A stretch of DNA of 64,000 bases from positions 96,001 to 160,000 of the forward strand of contig CAWJRG010000011.1 of the NCBI GenBank assembly GCA_963845185.1. Direction: 5' to 3'. The notes under the pieces are model-generated. The model was not told where the DNA came from and did no database searches. It worked only from the letters and a program-made list of their open reading frames with translations. The translations under genes were made by a program, and so were the position numbers. This stretch comes from an uncultured bacterium (lineage in GTDB: Bacteria; Oederibacteriota; PGYV01; CAWJRG01). Positions 39,661-50,041 of the stretch are shown here, piece after piece (position 1 is the stretch's first letter; every line of letters begins with the position of its first letter).

Positions 39661-40794
39661 TTACCTGTCTATCTCCGGTATTATCACGTCAAGGCTTCCG
39701 AGTATTGCCACAACATCCGCAACTTTATAACCTATAATAAGTTCTTTTATCACGCTTAAATTCGAGAATGACGGTTTTCTCATTTTAAGCCTGTAGGGCT
39801 TGTCGCTGCCGTCGCTGACTAAATACACACCTATGTCTCCGCGCGGGCCTTCTACCCTGGTGTAAACCTCGCCAGGCGCCGGCTTTATTACTTTCGGAAC
39901 TTTTGCCATGACCTCGCCGGCGGGTATACCTTCAATTGCCTGCCTTATTATAACCGCGCTCTGGCGTATCTCATCCATCCTGACCTTGCACCTATCCCAT
40001 GTATCGCCGTTTTTACCTACAGGTATCTCAAAATTAAATTTCGGATATACCGAGTATGGCTCGTCTTTTCTTACATCGTGCGCTATGTTTGAGCCACGCA
40101 AAGACGGCCCTGACAATCCGTAATTAATCGCCTTTTCCTTGCTTATTATAGCTATGCCCTTTGTCCTGCTTGTCAATATAACGTTATTTATCAGCAGGGC
40201 CTCATACTCGTCCACATCATCGTCTATGCGGTCAAGCACCTTCTTCAGGCCTTCAAAAAATCCTTTGGGCAGATCGTTCTTAAACCCTCCAAACCTGAAA
40301 TATGTATGCAAAAGCCTTGCCCCCGAAGCCGCTTCCACAAGCGACATCAGTTCTTCCCTTTCGCGGAAAGCGTACCAGATTGGTGTCAGCGCCCCCACGT
40401 CCATGCCGAAAGCCGAATACCATAAAAGGTGGCTCATCATCCTGTTGATTTCTGCCATTATTACCCTGATATACTGCGCGCGTTCAGGCACCTGTATGCC
40501 CATTAATTTTTCCACGGCCATGACATAAACAAAATTATTAGCTATAACGGAAAGGTAATCCGTCCTGTCTGTATAAGGAATTATTTGCTCGTATTTCTTG
40601 TTTTCAAACAGTTTTTCCATGCCGCGGTGCATAAAGCCGAGGTACGGGACCACGTCTTTCACTACTTCGCCGTCCATTTTCAAAACAAACCTCAGCACGC
40701 CGTGAGTGCTGGGATGCTGCGGCCCCATGTTCAGTATGTATTCGTCTGAAGTCAGGTTCTTTATCTCGAGTGGTACTTTTGCGTCCATATTCAC
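39661..40794 (-). CDS. nuoD: NADH-quinone oxidoreductase subunit D
   Basis: NMGPQHPSTHGVLR, HRGMEKL, GSLDVIIPEIDR; no NiFe CxxC motifs. Confidence 0.97.
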   Translation of the reverse strand: MNMDAKVPLEIKNLTSDEYILNMGPQHPSTHGVLRFVLKMDGEVVKDVVPYLGFMHRGMEKLFENKKYEQIIPYTDRTDYLSVIANNFVYVMAVEKLMGIQVPERAQYIRVIMAEINRMMSHLLWYSAFGMDVGALTPIWYAFREREELMSLVEAASGARLLHTYFRFGGFKNDLPKGFFEGLKKVLDRIDDDVDEYEALLINNVILTSRTKGIAIISKEKAINYGLSGPSLRGSNIAHDVRKDEPYSVYPKFNFEIPVGKNGDTWDRCKVRMDEIRQSAVIIRQAIEGIPAGEVMAKVPKVIKPAPGEVYTRVEGPRGDIGVYLVSDGSDKPYRLKMRKPSFSNLSVIKELIIGYKVADVVAILGSLDVIIPEIDR

Positions 40795-40800
40795 CTTATT

Positions 40801-41265
40801 TTACTTATCATCCGGCATCGGAATTAAATTTTCATGCTTAAAATCTTTTCTTAATGGATATCCTTCAAGCCCGTCCGGCGTAAGAAGAGGTCTTAAGTCC
40901 GGATGGTTTATGTAATTTATTCCGAACATTTCAGCCGTTTCCCTCTCGTGCCATTCCGCCGTCCTGTATATGTCGCTCACTGTTTCTATCTCAGGCTTGC
41001 TCCTGTCAAGTTTCGCCCTTACAACAATTTTATCTTTTGTTTCGTATGAAAAAAGGTAATATATTGCCTCTATATTATTATTTGCCGGCCAGTCCAGCGC
41101 GGTTGTAAAAAACATAAAGTTAAATTTAAGTTCATTCTTTAAATAAGAGAGTATTTGCCTTATTTGCGATTTTTCTATTTCCACATTCAGTATGCCGAGG
41201 TCTTCTTTTGATCCGGCAATCTGGAATTTTGCTTTTATGTTGTCCAGGAGTTCGACAAAAGTCAT
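40801..41265 (-). CDS. nuoC: NADH-quinone oxidoreductase subunit C
   Basis: AEWHERE..EMFGI...HPDLR..YPLRKDF. Confidence 0.96.
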   Translation of the reverse strand: MTFVELLDNIKAKFQIAGSKEDLGILNVEIEKSQIRQILSYLKNELKFNFMFFTTALDWPANNNIEAIYYLFSYETKDKIVVRAKLDRSKPEIETVSDIYRTAEWHERETAEMFGINYINHPDLRPLLTPDGLEGYPLRKDFKHENLIPMPDDK

Positions 41266-41783
41266 TTTTTCCCTCCTGTAAGGAACTTATCCTTCATTAT
41301 TTTTTTCTGAAGCTGCATAAACCCGTAAAGCAGCGCCTCTGGCCTCGGAGGGCAGCCAGGCACGTAAATGTCGACCGGTATAATCTTGTCGACTCCCTTT
41401 ACTATTGTGTATGAATCGTAAACATATGGCCCGCCCGATATGGCGCAGGAGCCCATTGCGATGACGTATCTTGGCTCTGCCATCTGCTCAAACAGCATCC
41501 TTACCGTCGGCGCCATTTTTTCCACGATCGTGCCCGCTATTACCATGACATCCGACCTTCTCGGTGACGCGGCAGGTACCTCAAACCCGAACCTTGCCCA
41601 GTCGTATTTTGTGGCTCCGGTGTGCATCATTTCTATGGCGCAGCAGGCAGTGCCGAAAGTGAGCGTCCAGAGTGAATTGCTCCTCGATATGTTTATTGCC
41701 CACTCGGCTGTCGCGAGTATTATCTGGCCGCCTGGAATTTTGTATACTATATTATCCTTGTCAAGCCCGTTCATTAATCCCAT
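41262..41783 (-). CDS. nuoB: NADH-quinone oxidoreductase subunit B
   Basis: [28 protein letters not shown]. Confidence 0.97.
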   Translation of the reverse strand: MGLMNGLDKDNIVYKIPGGQIILATAEWAINISRSNSLWTLTFGTACCAIEMMHTGATKYDWARFGFEVPAASPRRSDVMVIAGTIVEKMAPTVRMLFEQMAEPRYVIAMGSCAISGGPYVYDSYTIVKGVDKIIPVDIYVPGCPPRPEALLYGFMQLQKKIMKDKFLTGGKK

Positions 41784-42127
41784 TTAAGCTCACCTTTTTT
41801 CCAGGCATAGGCCAGGCCTAGTATGATGATAAAAAGGAATATAAGGATTTCAATCAAAGGCATTAACCCGGAAAGCGACCTGTAAACAACGGCCCACGGG
41901 ATCAGGAATACCGATTCAACTGCAAATACGACATACATAAGGGCAAATACGTAAAATCTCAGGTTATAACGGACGTGCGCTTCGCCTATCGGGTCCACGC
42001 CGCATTCATATGTTGAATTCTTGGCGTATGTCGGGTGATGCGGCATAAGGATTGCGTTCACAATAAATGCTGCCGCCACAAACACGACTGCGAATACCAG
42101 AAACATTAAAAGCATTCCGTATTCCAT
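41774..42127 (-). CDS. nuoA: NADH-quinone oxidoreductase subunit A
   Basis: [20 protein letters not shown]. Confidence 0.96.
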   Translation of the reverse strand: MEYGMLLMFLVFAVVFVAAAFIVNAILMPHHPTYAKNSTYECGVDPIGEAHVRYNLRFYVFALMYVVFAVESVFLIPWAVVYRSLSGLMPLIEILIFLFIIILGLAYAWKKGELKWD

Positions 42128-42149
42128 TTAATTCTACGCCTCCATATTT

Positions 42150-43145
42150 TTAATAAGTTCTTTCCAGAACATAATCAGCCAGCATTTCCAGTACTTCTTT
42201 TTTATTCTTAAATTTGACTTTTGCTTTTTTTAAATATAATTTTGCTTTTCTTATGTATCCGGCCGCTATATCAGCTGCGGTTTCGATTCCTTTATATTTT
42301 TTTATGAATTTTATTATTCCAGCTGTGTGATTTTTTTTACTTAAAAACAGTTTTTTTACTGAACGGCTGTTATTTTGCCCGGCGTTTTTCAGCGCAAGTA
42401 TAAAAGGCAGTGTTACTTTCCCCTCCCGGATATCATTACCGACAGGCTTGCCGAGCTTCTTTTCGTTTCCAGTTATATCAAGGATATCGTCCTTTATCTG
42501 AAAGGCAATGCCCATATTCTCGCCGTAATTTTCCAAATTCCATGTTGCGGCAGCCTTTGCGCACGAAAGATACGCCCCTGCTTTCACCGCAGTTTTAATG
42601 AGTAAAGCCGTTTTCTTTCGTATTATGTCCAGGTATACTTTCACGCTAAGGCTTGTATTGTATTTATTGTAAACTTCGTTTATCTCCCCTTCGCATATGC
42701 CCCTGGTGGCAGAAACAAAAAGCTTTAATAATCCCCAATCCTGATTTTGTAAGATCAAATTTGTAACATAATAAAAAATGTAATCACCTGTCAAAACAGA
42801 AAATTCATATCCAAGCCTGCGGTTTAAGGAATCCATGCCTCGTCTTGTTTCAGAGTTATCGACGATATCATCGTGTATCAGAGTAGCATGGTGCAAAAGT
42901 TCTACGGCGACAGCCGTATTAATAGCGTTTTGGCCTGTTTTTCCGATATTTAACTCCGCTGTCAACAGAACAAGTAGCCCGCGTAGCCTTTTACCTGATG
43001 ATATTTTGGTATTCTTGAAAATATATTGTATGCTTTTGCTTTTTATTCTCTTGATTAAATTTATTCTTTTATTTATTAAATTTAACCTTTCTTTTATTTT
43101 ATATTCATCGAGCATTTCATGACCTGCAATCTTGTTTTGATACAA
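42150..43145 (-). CDS. polyprenyl diphosphate synthase (start uncertain; ATG at 43115 possible)
   Basis: GKRLR, HATLIHDDIVD..RRG, FQIKDDILD, GKP.GND..EGK.TLP. Confidence 0.93.
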   Translation of the reverse strand: MYQNKIAGHEMLDEYKIKERLNLINKRINLIKRIKSKSIQYIFKNTKISSGKRLRGLLVLLTAELNIGKTGQNAINTAVAVELLHHATLIHDDIVDNSETRRGMDSLNRRLGYEFSVLTGDYIFYYVTNLILQNQDWGLLKLFVSATRGICEGEINEVYNKYNTSLSVKVYLDIIRKKTALLIKTAVKAGAYLSCAKAAATWNLENYGENMGIAFQIKDDILDITGNEKKLGKPVGNDIREGKVTLPFILALKNAGQNNSRSVKKLFLSKKNHTAGIIKFIKKYKGIETAADIAAGYIRKAKLYLKKAKVKFKNKKEVLEMLADYVLERTY

Positions 43146-43188
43146 CGGGAGGTTGAGAAATTTTTCTCAAAGTCGAAAAGACTTTTTT

Positions 43189-43216
43189 ATTGTATTACTA
43201 AAACTTTTTTTGTCAA
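43189..43216 (-). promoter_or_regulatory. sigma70-type promoter for the prenyl synthase-nuo unit
   Basis: TTGACA-16bp-TACAAT. Confidence 0.55.
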
Positions 43217-43233
43217 GAAAATTTATTTTTCAT

Positions 43234-46128
43234 TTAAAATCCAGGCGACAGCATATTATAAGTTACCGGCCCATATTCCTGCCAGCCGCTTCTTTTATAC
43301 ATTAACCTTAATGTTGAGCCCGGACCCGATTGAGTTAATACATACTTATAAGCTGCTGTAACTTTTATTCGTTTTTTACCTTTTCCCAAATTTACCGCAA
43401 TTGTATGCTCTTTCCCGTTTTCCCGTTTAAAAACAATATTATTGTCTATATTTATACTGCAATCATAAGGCCCGTTAAGCAAAAAAGCATATGTGTTTGT
43501 ATTATCTATATTTATATAACCGTTCCAACTGATATTATAATTCTTCTCCAGTTCTTCTTCCCCGCCTGCAAGCTTGCTTGCAGGCCTCTGGTGAAAATAA
43601 TACAGCCTGTAATCTATGACAGGCTCAAGCTCTTTATATATGACTTTTCCTTTGTCAAGATATACAGCATTTAACCCAAAAATCTTACTTGAATTTATCA
43701 GATAACAGCGCTGCAGCTCCGACAAGGTGGCGTCCTCCTTTTTTTTCCACTTGACTTTTACAGTCTGGGCATAATACTTCCCGAGAATAATTTTTATCCT
43801 GTGCAGGCCTTTGTAAAGCTCGACAGGCCCGTTTGCCAGGCTCCCGTTGATAAATAATTGGCCTGGCGCGCCTTCGACCTGGAACTGATAAATTCCGTAA
43901 TCTGGCACATCAACCATCCCGTTTATTTCAGCCCTGTCAAATTCAATGCCTTCAGCCCGCATAGGAAAAAATATCGGCATTTCTTTAATTTCTTTCCCTC
44001 CTTTGAAAAACTTTGCGCTAAGCGAAAATTTTTCATCAATGTCTTTCTTGGGTATCTCTGCAATGCTAAGCCTCGCAAACTTCACTTCGTCGTCGTATAT
44101 ATAAAAAGTGGTTAATCCCATGTTTAAATCTATTGTTTTATCAGGGTATTTCCATCCATAACAATATTTAAGGCTCGAGTTTTTGTCAAACTGCCAGTAG
44201 CTGTTGTCCCATAATGTCTGTATTTCCGCGTCGGGAAAATATTCCTTGTAAACCGGCAACAGCTTGTGGTATATGCCCTCTCCTATTACAACCGCGCCGT
44301 TTGCTTTATTGTCATAAAGTTTAAAAAGCTCAAAAAGGGATATGTCTTCATGCGAAACAAACTCCTGCAATTTCGGCGCAGACAAATCCTCCATCATGTT
44401 GTAATAATTATTATTTTCCAAAAAGTTTGAAACCAGCATGTGTCTGTCTGTATTTTTTAGCAGGCAATCAGCGGTCAACTTATAAACATACCTGTAATTG
44501 CTTTGAGTATCTGGGTCATTCGGGAAAACCACAAAATAATTGTGCAGGTTGCAAAAAGCAAACCAGCTGAATATATAAACAAGAACTAAAGGCATAACGT
44601 ATTTCAGGATTTTTGGCCAGAAACTTTCAATTTTAGCCCAGCTGCGCTCTATGCCCAATGCCAGAGTTATCATAATCGCAGGTATTGCCAGTACAACCCT
44701 GCCCGGATATGGGTCGTACGTCCCGTATTGCGACATAAACCCCGGTAGCAGCCCGAAAAATAGCCATAGCATGACAAAAGAACTCGCCTGTCTTTTCCAT
44801 GTAAATAACAGGTAACCCAGCCCTGCCAGCATTAAAACCGATATAAAAGCGTCGAAAAACGGTACACCCGGCAAGTTAAACCCGTTTCCAACTGCCGCAG
44901 CAGTAAAGAACATCTGTATTTCGTTTATAGTGTGCTGTATTAAATCCTTGTATTCGCTGCCTTTCGGAACAATTGAAGTTATAATCGCGAATTGCTGTAT
45001 CCTTTTAAAGTATAAATCCGGGTAATGTACCATGTAATCAATGACAGGCAGGAACACTAGTATCATTGACGCTGCCATAAGCGCCATGCCTCTCCAGTTT
45101 GCTGCCAGGCCTTTCCTGCTTTCCTTGCCAGTAAACAACAGTACCAGATAAAATATAATTACCAGCGGCGACGCTTTTGCCGCGCTGTAAAAATACAGCC
45201 CCAGGCCAAGTATAACCCCTGACGCAATAAAATATTCCGGATTTCCGCGCTTTATTGCCTTGATAAAAAAATAGTATCCTGCGGCTGCCAGGCATGGCAC
45301 AGGTATCCACAGATTGGCCATCCTGCTGAAAAAAATTTGCATAAAAAAGCATGACAAAAACATCGAAGCAAGCACTGCAGCGCGCCTGTTGAAAATCTCC
45401 TTTACGGTTAGATAAACAAACACAACTTCTGCCGAGCCGAAAATGACTGAAATCCATTTCGCTGTCACTATGTTTATCCCGAATATCTTGCCTGCCAGCG
45501 TAATAATATAAAAGTACAGCAGCGTCAGCCCGTTGTAAAGCCAGGAGTCCTGCACCACCTGCAGGATTTCGCCTTTTCCGAGCCTTTGTGCCATTGAAAT
45601 AGTTGAATTTTCATCCAGGTGAAGCCCCGGAGGGATGTCCATAAGTTTCCAGCTGAAAATTATCATGCTCAAAATAAATACGGCAATGCAATATACCCTG
45701 TCGAATAATTCTCCCTTTTTTTCTTCCGGCTTTTCAATAAAATAGCTTTCTCCAGCTCTTGCCATGCCAAACAGCAGGCTGCCAAGCGCAAAGAATATTA
45801 CTGAAATTTTGATATTGTATGCCTGCAGGCCGGTAAAAGCAAAATAATACAAAAAAAAAGAGGCGGTTACGCAAAGAATGGATATGATTTTCAGATTGGT
45901 TGAAGGCTCTTTAACGGCAGTTTTTTCTTCCGGTGCTTTATTCCGCCCTCTCAACCTGAATATATAGACCAGCTGGATAATCATGCATACATATGCGGCA
46001 ACCGCAAGGAAAGAATGGTTGGTTTTTACAAAAACCAGGCCTAGCAGGCCCAGCGCAATTGCTGAAAATGATTTTAAAAAGATTTTTTTTAAAGGCTGCG
46101 GCGTGTATACGGGTATAACAGGCATCAT
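43234..46128 (-). CDS. GT39/PMT-ArnT-like membrane glycosyltransferase with C-terminal PA14-like domains
   Basis: PPGLHLDE motif, multiple TM helices, C-terminal WNGYI..Y.F..DC.I.ID..L.KGKKRI pattern. Confidence 0.72.
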   Translation of the reverse strand: MMPVIPVYTPQPLKKIFLKSFSAIALGLLGLVFVKTNHSFLAVAAYVCMIIQLVYIFRLRGRNKAPEEKTAVKEPSTNLKIISILCVTASFFLYYFAFTGLQAYNIKISVIFFALGSLLFGMARAGESYFIEKPEEKKGELFDRVYCIAVFILSMIIFSWKLMDIPPGLHLDENSTISMAQRLGKGEILQVVQDSWLYNGLTLLYFYIITLAGKIFGINIVTAKWISVIFGSAEVVFVYLTVKEIFNRRAAVLASMFLSCFFMQIFFSRMANLWIPVPCLAAAGYYFFIKAIKRGNPEYFIASGVILGLGLYFYSAAKASPLVIIFYLVLLFTGKESRKGLAANWRGMALMAASMILVFLPVIDYMVHYPDLYFKRIQQFAIITSIVPKGSEYKDLIQHTINEIQMFFTAAAVGNGFNLPGVPFFDAFISVLMLAGLGYLLFTWKRQASSFVMLWLFFGLLPGFMSQYGTYDPYPGRVVLAIPAIMITLALGIERSWAKIESFWPKILKYVMPLVLVYIFSWFAFCNLHNYFVVFPNDPDTQSNYRYVYKLTADCLLKNTDRHMLVSNFLENNNYYNMMEDLSAPKLQEFVSHEDISLFELFKLYDNKANGAVVIGEGIYHKLLPVYKEYFPDAEIQTLWDNSYWQFDKNSSLKYCYGWKYPDKTIDLNMGLTTFYIYDDEVKFARLSIAEIPKKDIDEKFSLSAKFFKGGKEIKEMPIFFPMRAEGIEFDRAEINGMVDVPDYGIYQFQVEGAPGQLFINGSLANGPVELYKGLHRIKIILGKYYAQTVKVKWKKKEDATLSELQRCYLINSSKIFGLNAVYLDKGKVIYKELEPVIDYRLYYFHQRPASKLAGGEEELEKNYNISWNGYINIDNTNTYAFLLNGPYDCSINIDNNIVFKRENGKEHTIAVNLGKGKKRIKVTAAYKYVLTQSGPGSTLRLMYKRSGWQEYGPVTYNMLSPGF

Positions 46129-47714
46129 TTCAAGACAGCCACTTTACCCATGTATTTTGTTTTCTCTCCCCTTTGGGTAACTGCTTCTATAGAATAAATA
46201 TAAATGCCCGATGCCACTTTTTTATTGCTGTTATTATCGCAGTTCCAGGTGATATTTTTGAGGCGTATGGACGGGGTCATACCATAATTGTAATTAATGT
46301 CGTTAAATGCGGTTGAAATCTTTTTTATTGTTTCGCCCGAGACGTCATAGATAACAAGGTTTACCTGCGCTGATGTGGAAAGCCCGAAAATAAAATTGGT
46401 TTGTTTCTGCGCAGGGTTTGGATATGTGCCTTTAAAAGTAAATGACAGCGGCACCGGCGTTGGAGTTATCGTAGGTGTAATTGTTACCGTACATGTCAAA
46501 ATAGTCGTTGTTGTTGTATTTGAATAAGTTACTTCGTCATAATTCCAGTAAGGATCAAAAAACATGCTTTCTGCAACATTGTCCACTTCCACGCCTTGGC
46601 AAGGGTTTGAGTAGACGCTGAACCACTGGCTGTAAGCAGTATACGTGTTAGTGATGTTGCCGATATTCCACCATATTACATTGCCTGCGGTGTTATAACC
46701 CGCCGACGCATTAATAAAAATTGAGTTCCATGGAATAGTGTCCCAAATATTAATATTGCCGGGTACTGCGCTGCCGGTATTAGAATAGGTGAGTGTATAG
46801 GTCAGCGTATCGCCGTACATTATATTCTGCGTTTTGTCCACGGATTTTAATATGTCCACATGCGCGCCCGAAACATCGGGTATGCCGTAATATATTATAA
46901 AAGTTGATTCTGCGCCGGCAGTATAAGTGGTCGGCCCCCAGTACATTGCCGCGGCTGTATCGGTTATTGGCCCTGGTGTCAATGCATATGTCCACAGGTC
47001 AGCGTCATCTGCCATGCTAAACCATTTGCCTATTACAAGCATATCGGGTTTTGTCGCTTGTGGCACGAAGACACCTCCTGTGCTAAGGCCGCATTCTGCC
47101 TCAACCGAATAATTATCGAGGCTATAAAATGTCTTCCATGAGTCACCTATCGGGCCGCTGTCAGGCCATTCTGTTTCCTGTGCTACAAGGCCATAACCCT
47201 GTTCTGCGATTGGCGCAGCATCATTGCCGGGTGCCGTACTATTTAGTGTAAGAAAGGTATCAAGCACTATCCTTATCCCTATATCGTGGGATACAGTAGT
47301 GCTTGTATTTTGAACTGTATATTCTATTTGTATTGTGTCCGGATGGTTCCCTGTCCTCGGGTTTGGCACAATGGAAAGCTGCTCTTGTACCCATACGTCA
47401 TTAATCTGCCATGAGGAAACATTTACAGTATTACCGCTTAAATACTGGTATTGGGGCGTTGTTAAATTTCCGCCCTCTTCGCTCGAGTCTCCGTAAATAT
47501 AATCGACACCGTCCACCATGATTGTTGTGAATGTGGTTTCTATGTTGTCAGGGAATCCATAAAGCAGGCTCTGACCGCTGCCTGTACCTATGACATACCT
47601 TGCGTTAGAAGTACTTACTTCCAGGTCTATATATTGGTTTGAGATGGCAGGCACGCTTGCCGCGCAGATAAAGGTAAACATTATTATGGCTGTAAGCAGG
47701 GTTATTCCGCGCAT
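46125..47714 (-). CDS. secreted protein: DUF11-like domain, PT-rich linker, FlgD-Ig/T9SS-A-like C-terminal domain
   Basis: Signal peptide; KSVDK...GDTLTYTLTY.NTG; TPTITPTP; YPNP..IYDVSGE..W...ASGIYIY. Confidence 0.7.
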   Translation of the reverse strand: MRGITLLTAIIMFTFICAASVPAISNQYIDLEVSTSNARYVIGTGSGQSLLYGFPDNIETTFTTIMVDGVDYIYGDSSEEGGNLTTPQYQYLSGNTVNVSSWQINDVWVQEQLSIVPNPRTGNHPDTIQIEYTVQNTSTTVSHDIGIRIVLDTFLTLNSTAPGNDAAPIAEQGYGLVAQETEWPDSGPIGDSWKTFYSLDNYSVEAECGLSTGGVFVPQATKPDMLVIGKWFSMADDADLWTYALTPGPITDTAAAMYWGPTTYTAGAESTFIIYYGIPDVSGAHVDILKSVDKTQNIMYGDTLTYTLTYSNTGSAVPGNINIWDTIPWNSIFINASAGYNTAGNVIWWNIGNITNTYTAYSQWFSVYSNPCQGVEVDNVAESMFFDPYWNYDEVTYSNTTTTTILTCTVTITPTITPTPVPLSFTFKGTYPNPAQKQTNFIFGLSTSAQVNLVIYDVSGETIKKISTAFNDINYNYGMTPSIRLKNITWNCDNNSNKKVASGIYIYSIEAVTQRGEKTKYMGKVAVLK

Positions 47715-47736
47715 TTATCGCCTCTTTTTTCCTTCA

Positions 47737-48921
47737 CTAACTATAATCTGCGTTTATTTTCACGTAATCAACAGATAGGTCTGTGGTAAGCAGGTAATAA
47801 TCCTGTCGCCCTGCTTTTAAATCAAGCGTGATTTCAATTCTCTTCTTTTTAAGTTCCTGCCCGGCTTTATTGTAATTTTTCAAAATAATTCCGCCACCGC
47901 TGATAATCGAGATATTGCCTATTTTCAACGCTATTTTATTAATGTCCACCGGTTCAAAAGTCTGCCCCAGCGCGCTTATTATCCTGCCCGGGTTAATGGA
48001 TTCTCCAAAAAACATGCATTTTACAAGGGGCGAATTCGCTATCTGCCTTGCTATTTTCTCAGCTTGTTTTATGTCTTTCGCGTTTTTTATATTTATTTTT
48101 ATTAATTTTGTCGTGCCCTCGCCGTCTGAAACCATATCATCCGCAAGGGAATAAAATATCCTGCATAAAACGTTTTTAAACTTTTCATATTCCGGGCCGT
48201 AGCCTGATATTTTTTTGTTTTGGGCCCGGGCATTGGCAAGTACATAAACAGTGTCATTTGGGCTCATGTCCCCGTCAACCGTAATCCTGTTAAAAGAAAG
48301 TTTTATTGCTTCATAAGCAGCTGCTTTCAGCATTGGTTTTGATATGTTCACGTCCGTCATAGTAAAAACAAGCATGGTAGCCATATCCGGCGATATCATA
48401 CCTGCCCCTTTGGCAGCCGCAGTTATTATGCATTTTTTGCCGGCAATATTCAATGTTTCAGAAACGGTTTTTACCTTTGTATCCGTGGTCATTATGGCTT
48501 TCGGGAAATTTCTGTCTTTTCCGGAAAGTCCTGCTGTAAGTAGGATTAGGTTTTCGATTATGCTTTTAACCGGCAATAATTTGCATATTTTGCCTGTTGA
48601 AGCGCCGAGGATTGTGTTGGCTTTGACTTTCAGCAGTTTGCTTAAGTTTACGATTATTTTTTCCAGGTCCTTTATCCCCTGCTTGCCTGTAAGGGCATTG
48701 GCGCTGCCGCTGTTGGCAAATACGGCCCTTATGTTGTTTTTTAGTATTTTCTTCGCATGCAGTATATGGGCACTCTTTAACCTGTTCCTGGTAAAAAAAG
48801 CCGCGGCCTCGCACGGTGTATCCGAATAAATAAGCCCGGCGTCAAGGCTTTTGCCTTTTTTTATGCCGGCATGTATCCCGCTGCTTTTGAAACCTTTCGG
48901 CAGCAGGTATTCTTTCTTCAT
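47737..48921 (-). CDS. argJ: ornithine acetyltransferase / N-acetylglutamate synthase
   Basis: KGAGMISPDMATML, DGDMSPND, DGEG.TK, YVKINADY. Confidence 0.96.
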   Translation of the reverse strand: MKKEYLLPKGFKSSGIHAGIKKGKSLDAGLIYSDTPCEAAAFFTRNRLKSAHILHAKKILKNNIRAVFANSGSANALTGKQGIKDLEKIIVNLSKLLKVKANTILGASTGKICKLLPVKSIIENLILLTAGLSGKDRNFPKAIMTTDTKVKTVSETLNIAGKKCIITAAAKGAGMISPDMATMLVFTMTDVNISKPMLKAAAYEAIKLSFNRITVDGDMSPNDTVYVLANARAQNKKISGYGPEYEKFKNVLCRIFYSLADDMVSDGEGTTKLIKINIKNAKDIKQAEKIARQIANSPLVKCMFFGESINPGRIISALGQTFEPVDINKIALKIGNISIISGGGIILKNYNKAGQELKKKRIEITLDLKAGRQDYYLLTTDLSVDYVKINADYS

Positions 48922-49928
48922 GCAAGGCCTTCTTTTTCATCCATGCCGAACATTATGTTCATATTCTGCACCGCCTGACCCGAGGCGCCTTTCACAAGGT
49001 TGTCAATTGTTGTAATAACTATAAGGGTCTTGCTCTCTTTTACTCCGTCAATGCATATTTCGCAGAAATTGGTATTTTGCACGTTATGAACGCTCGCACT
49101 ATCCACCATCCTGACAAATGGCTCGTCTTTGTAGTAATCAGTGTATATTTTTTTTACCGAGTCAATGTCCTTCCATGTTTTTAGCTTAATGTAAATGCAA
49201 CTCAATATGCCGCTTGATATAGGGACGACTTGAGGAGTAAATATAATATCCGGTTTATTTTTAAATTCCCTGAAGATAACATCTTCCACTTCAGCAAGAT
49301 GCCTGTGCTTCCTTCCGACTTTATATGGCACAACGTTTTCATTTACATACAAATAATGGTTTGTCGGAGCGGGAGTTATTCCTGCTCCGGAAACGCTTGA
49401 TTTAGCATCTATTATAATGCTTTCCACGCTGAGTTTTTTTAAGGCCGGGATTATGCCAAGAAGTATTGACGTTGGGTAACATCCCGGGTTGGCAAGTATA
49501 CTGGTTTTTTTTATTTCTTCGCGGTACAACTCAGGCAAGCCGTAAACGGCCTGTTTTAAGAGCGCCTTGTATTCATGCTCCTTGCCGTACCATTTTTTAT
49601 AGCTTTCCGGGTCTTTAATCCTGAAATCCGCGCTTAAATCTATCACTTTTATCTTTTTTCCCGCAAATTTATTTACAAAGCCCATTGCCGCCGCATGCGG
49701 TAGGCAGACAAATGCAACATCCACGCCTGAATATATATCTTCTTCGCCGGCATTCATGAATTTGCCGTCAATCATGCTTGCCAGTTCTGGGAAAACCTTA
49801 ATTATGTCTGCGCCGGGATATTCAAGCGATGTAACATAATTGATTTTAACCCGGCTGTGCCTTGCAAGTATTTTTATCAGCTCTTTCCCGGTAAGTCCGG
49901 AGCCTCCTATAATTCCTGCCTTAATCAT
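48918..49928 (-). CDS. argC: N-acetyl-gamma-glutamyl-phosphate reductase
   Basis: IDLSADFR, ANPGCYPT, DNLVKGASGQAVQNMN; start moved to MIKAG (SD AGGAG). Confidence 0.97.
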   Translation of the reverse strand: MIKAGIIGGSGLTGKELIKILARHSRVKINYVTSLEYPGADIIKVFPELASMIDGKFMNAGEEDIYSGVDVAFVCLPHAAAMGFVNKFAGKKIKVIDLSADFRIKDPESYKKWYGKEHEYKALLKQAVYGLPELYREEIKKTSILANPGCYPTSILLGIIPALKKLSVESIIIDAKSSVSGAGITPAPTNHYLYVNENVVPYKVGRKHRHLAEVEDVIFREFKNKPDIIFTPQVVPISSGILSCIYIKLKTWKDIDSVKKIYTDYYKDEPFVRMVDSASVHNVQNTNFCEICIDGVKESKTLIVITTIDNLVKGASGQAVQNMNIMFGMDEKEGLA

Positions 49929-50041
49929 TTTTAGTCTCCTTATAGTTCTTACCTTATCCAAAATTTATTGTGTTCCTTCATTTTAAACTTCAGATTTAAA
50001 AACCTTTATATTTGGAATTTGCAACCTGAAATTTGAAATTC

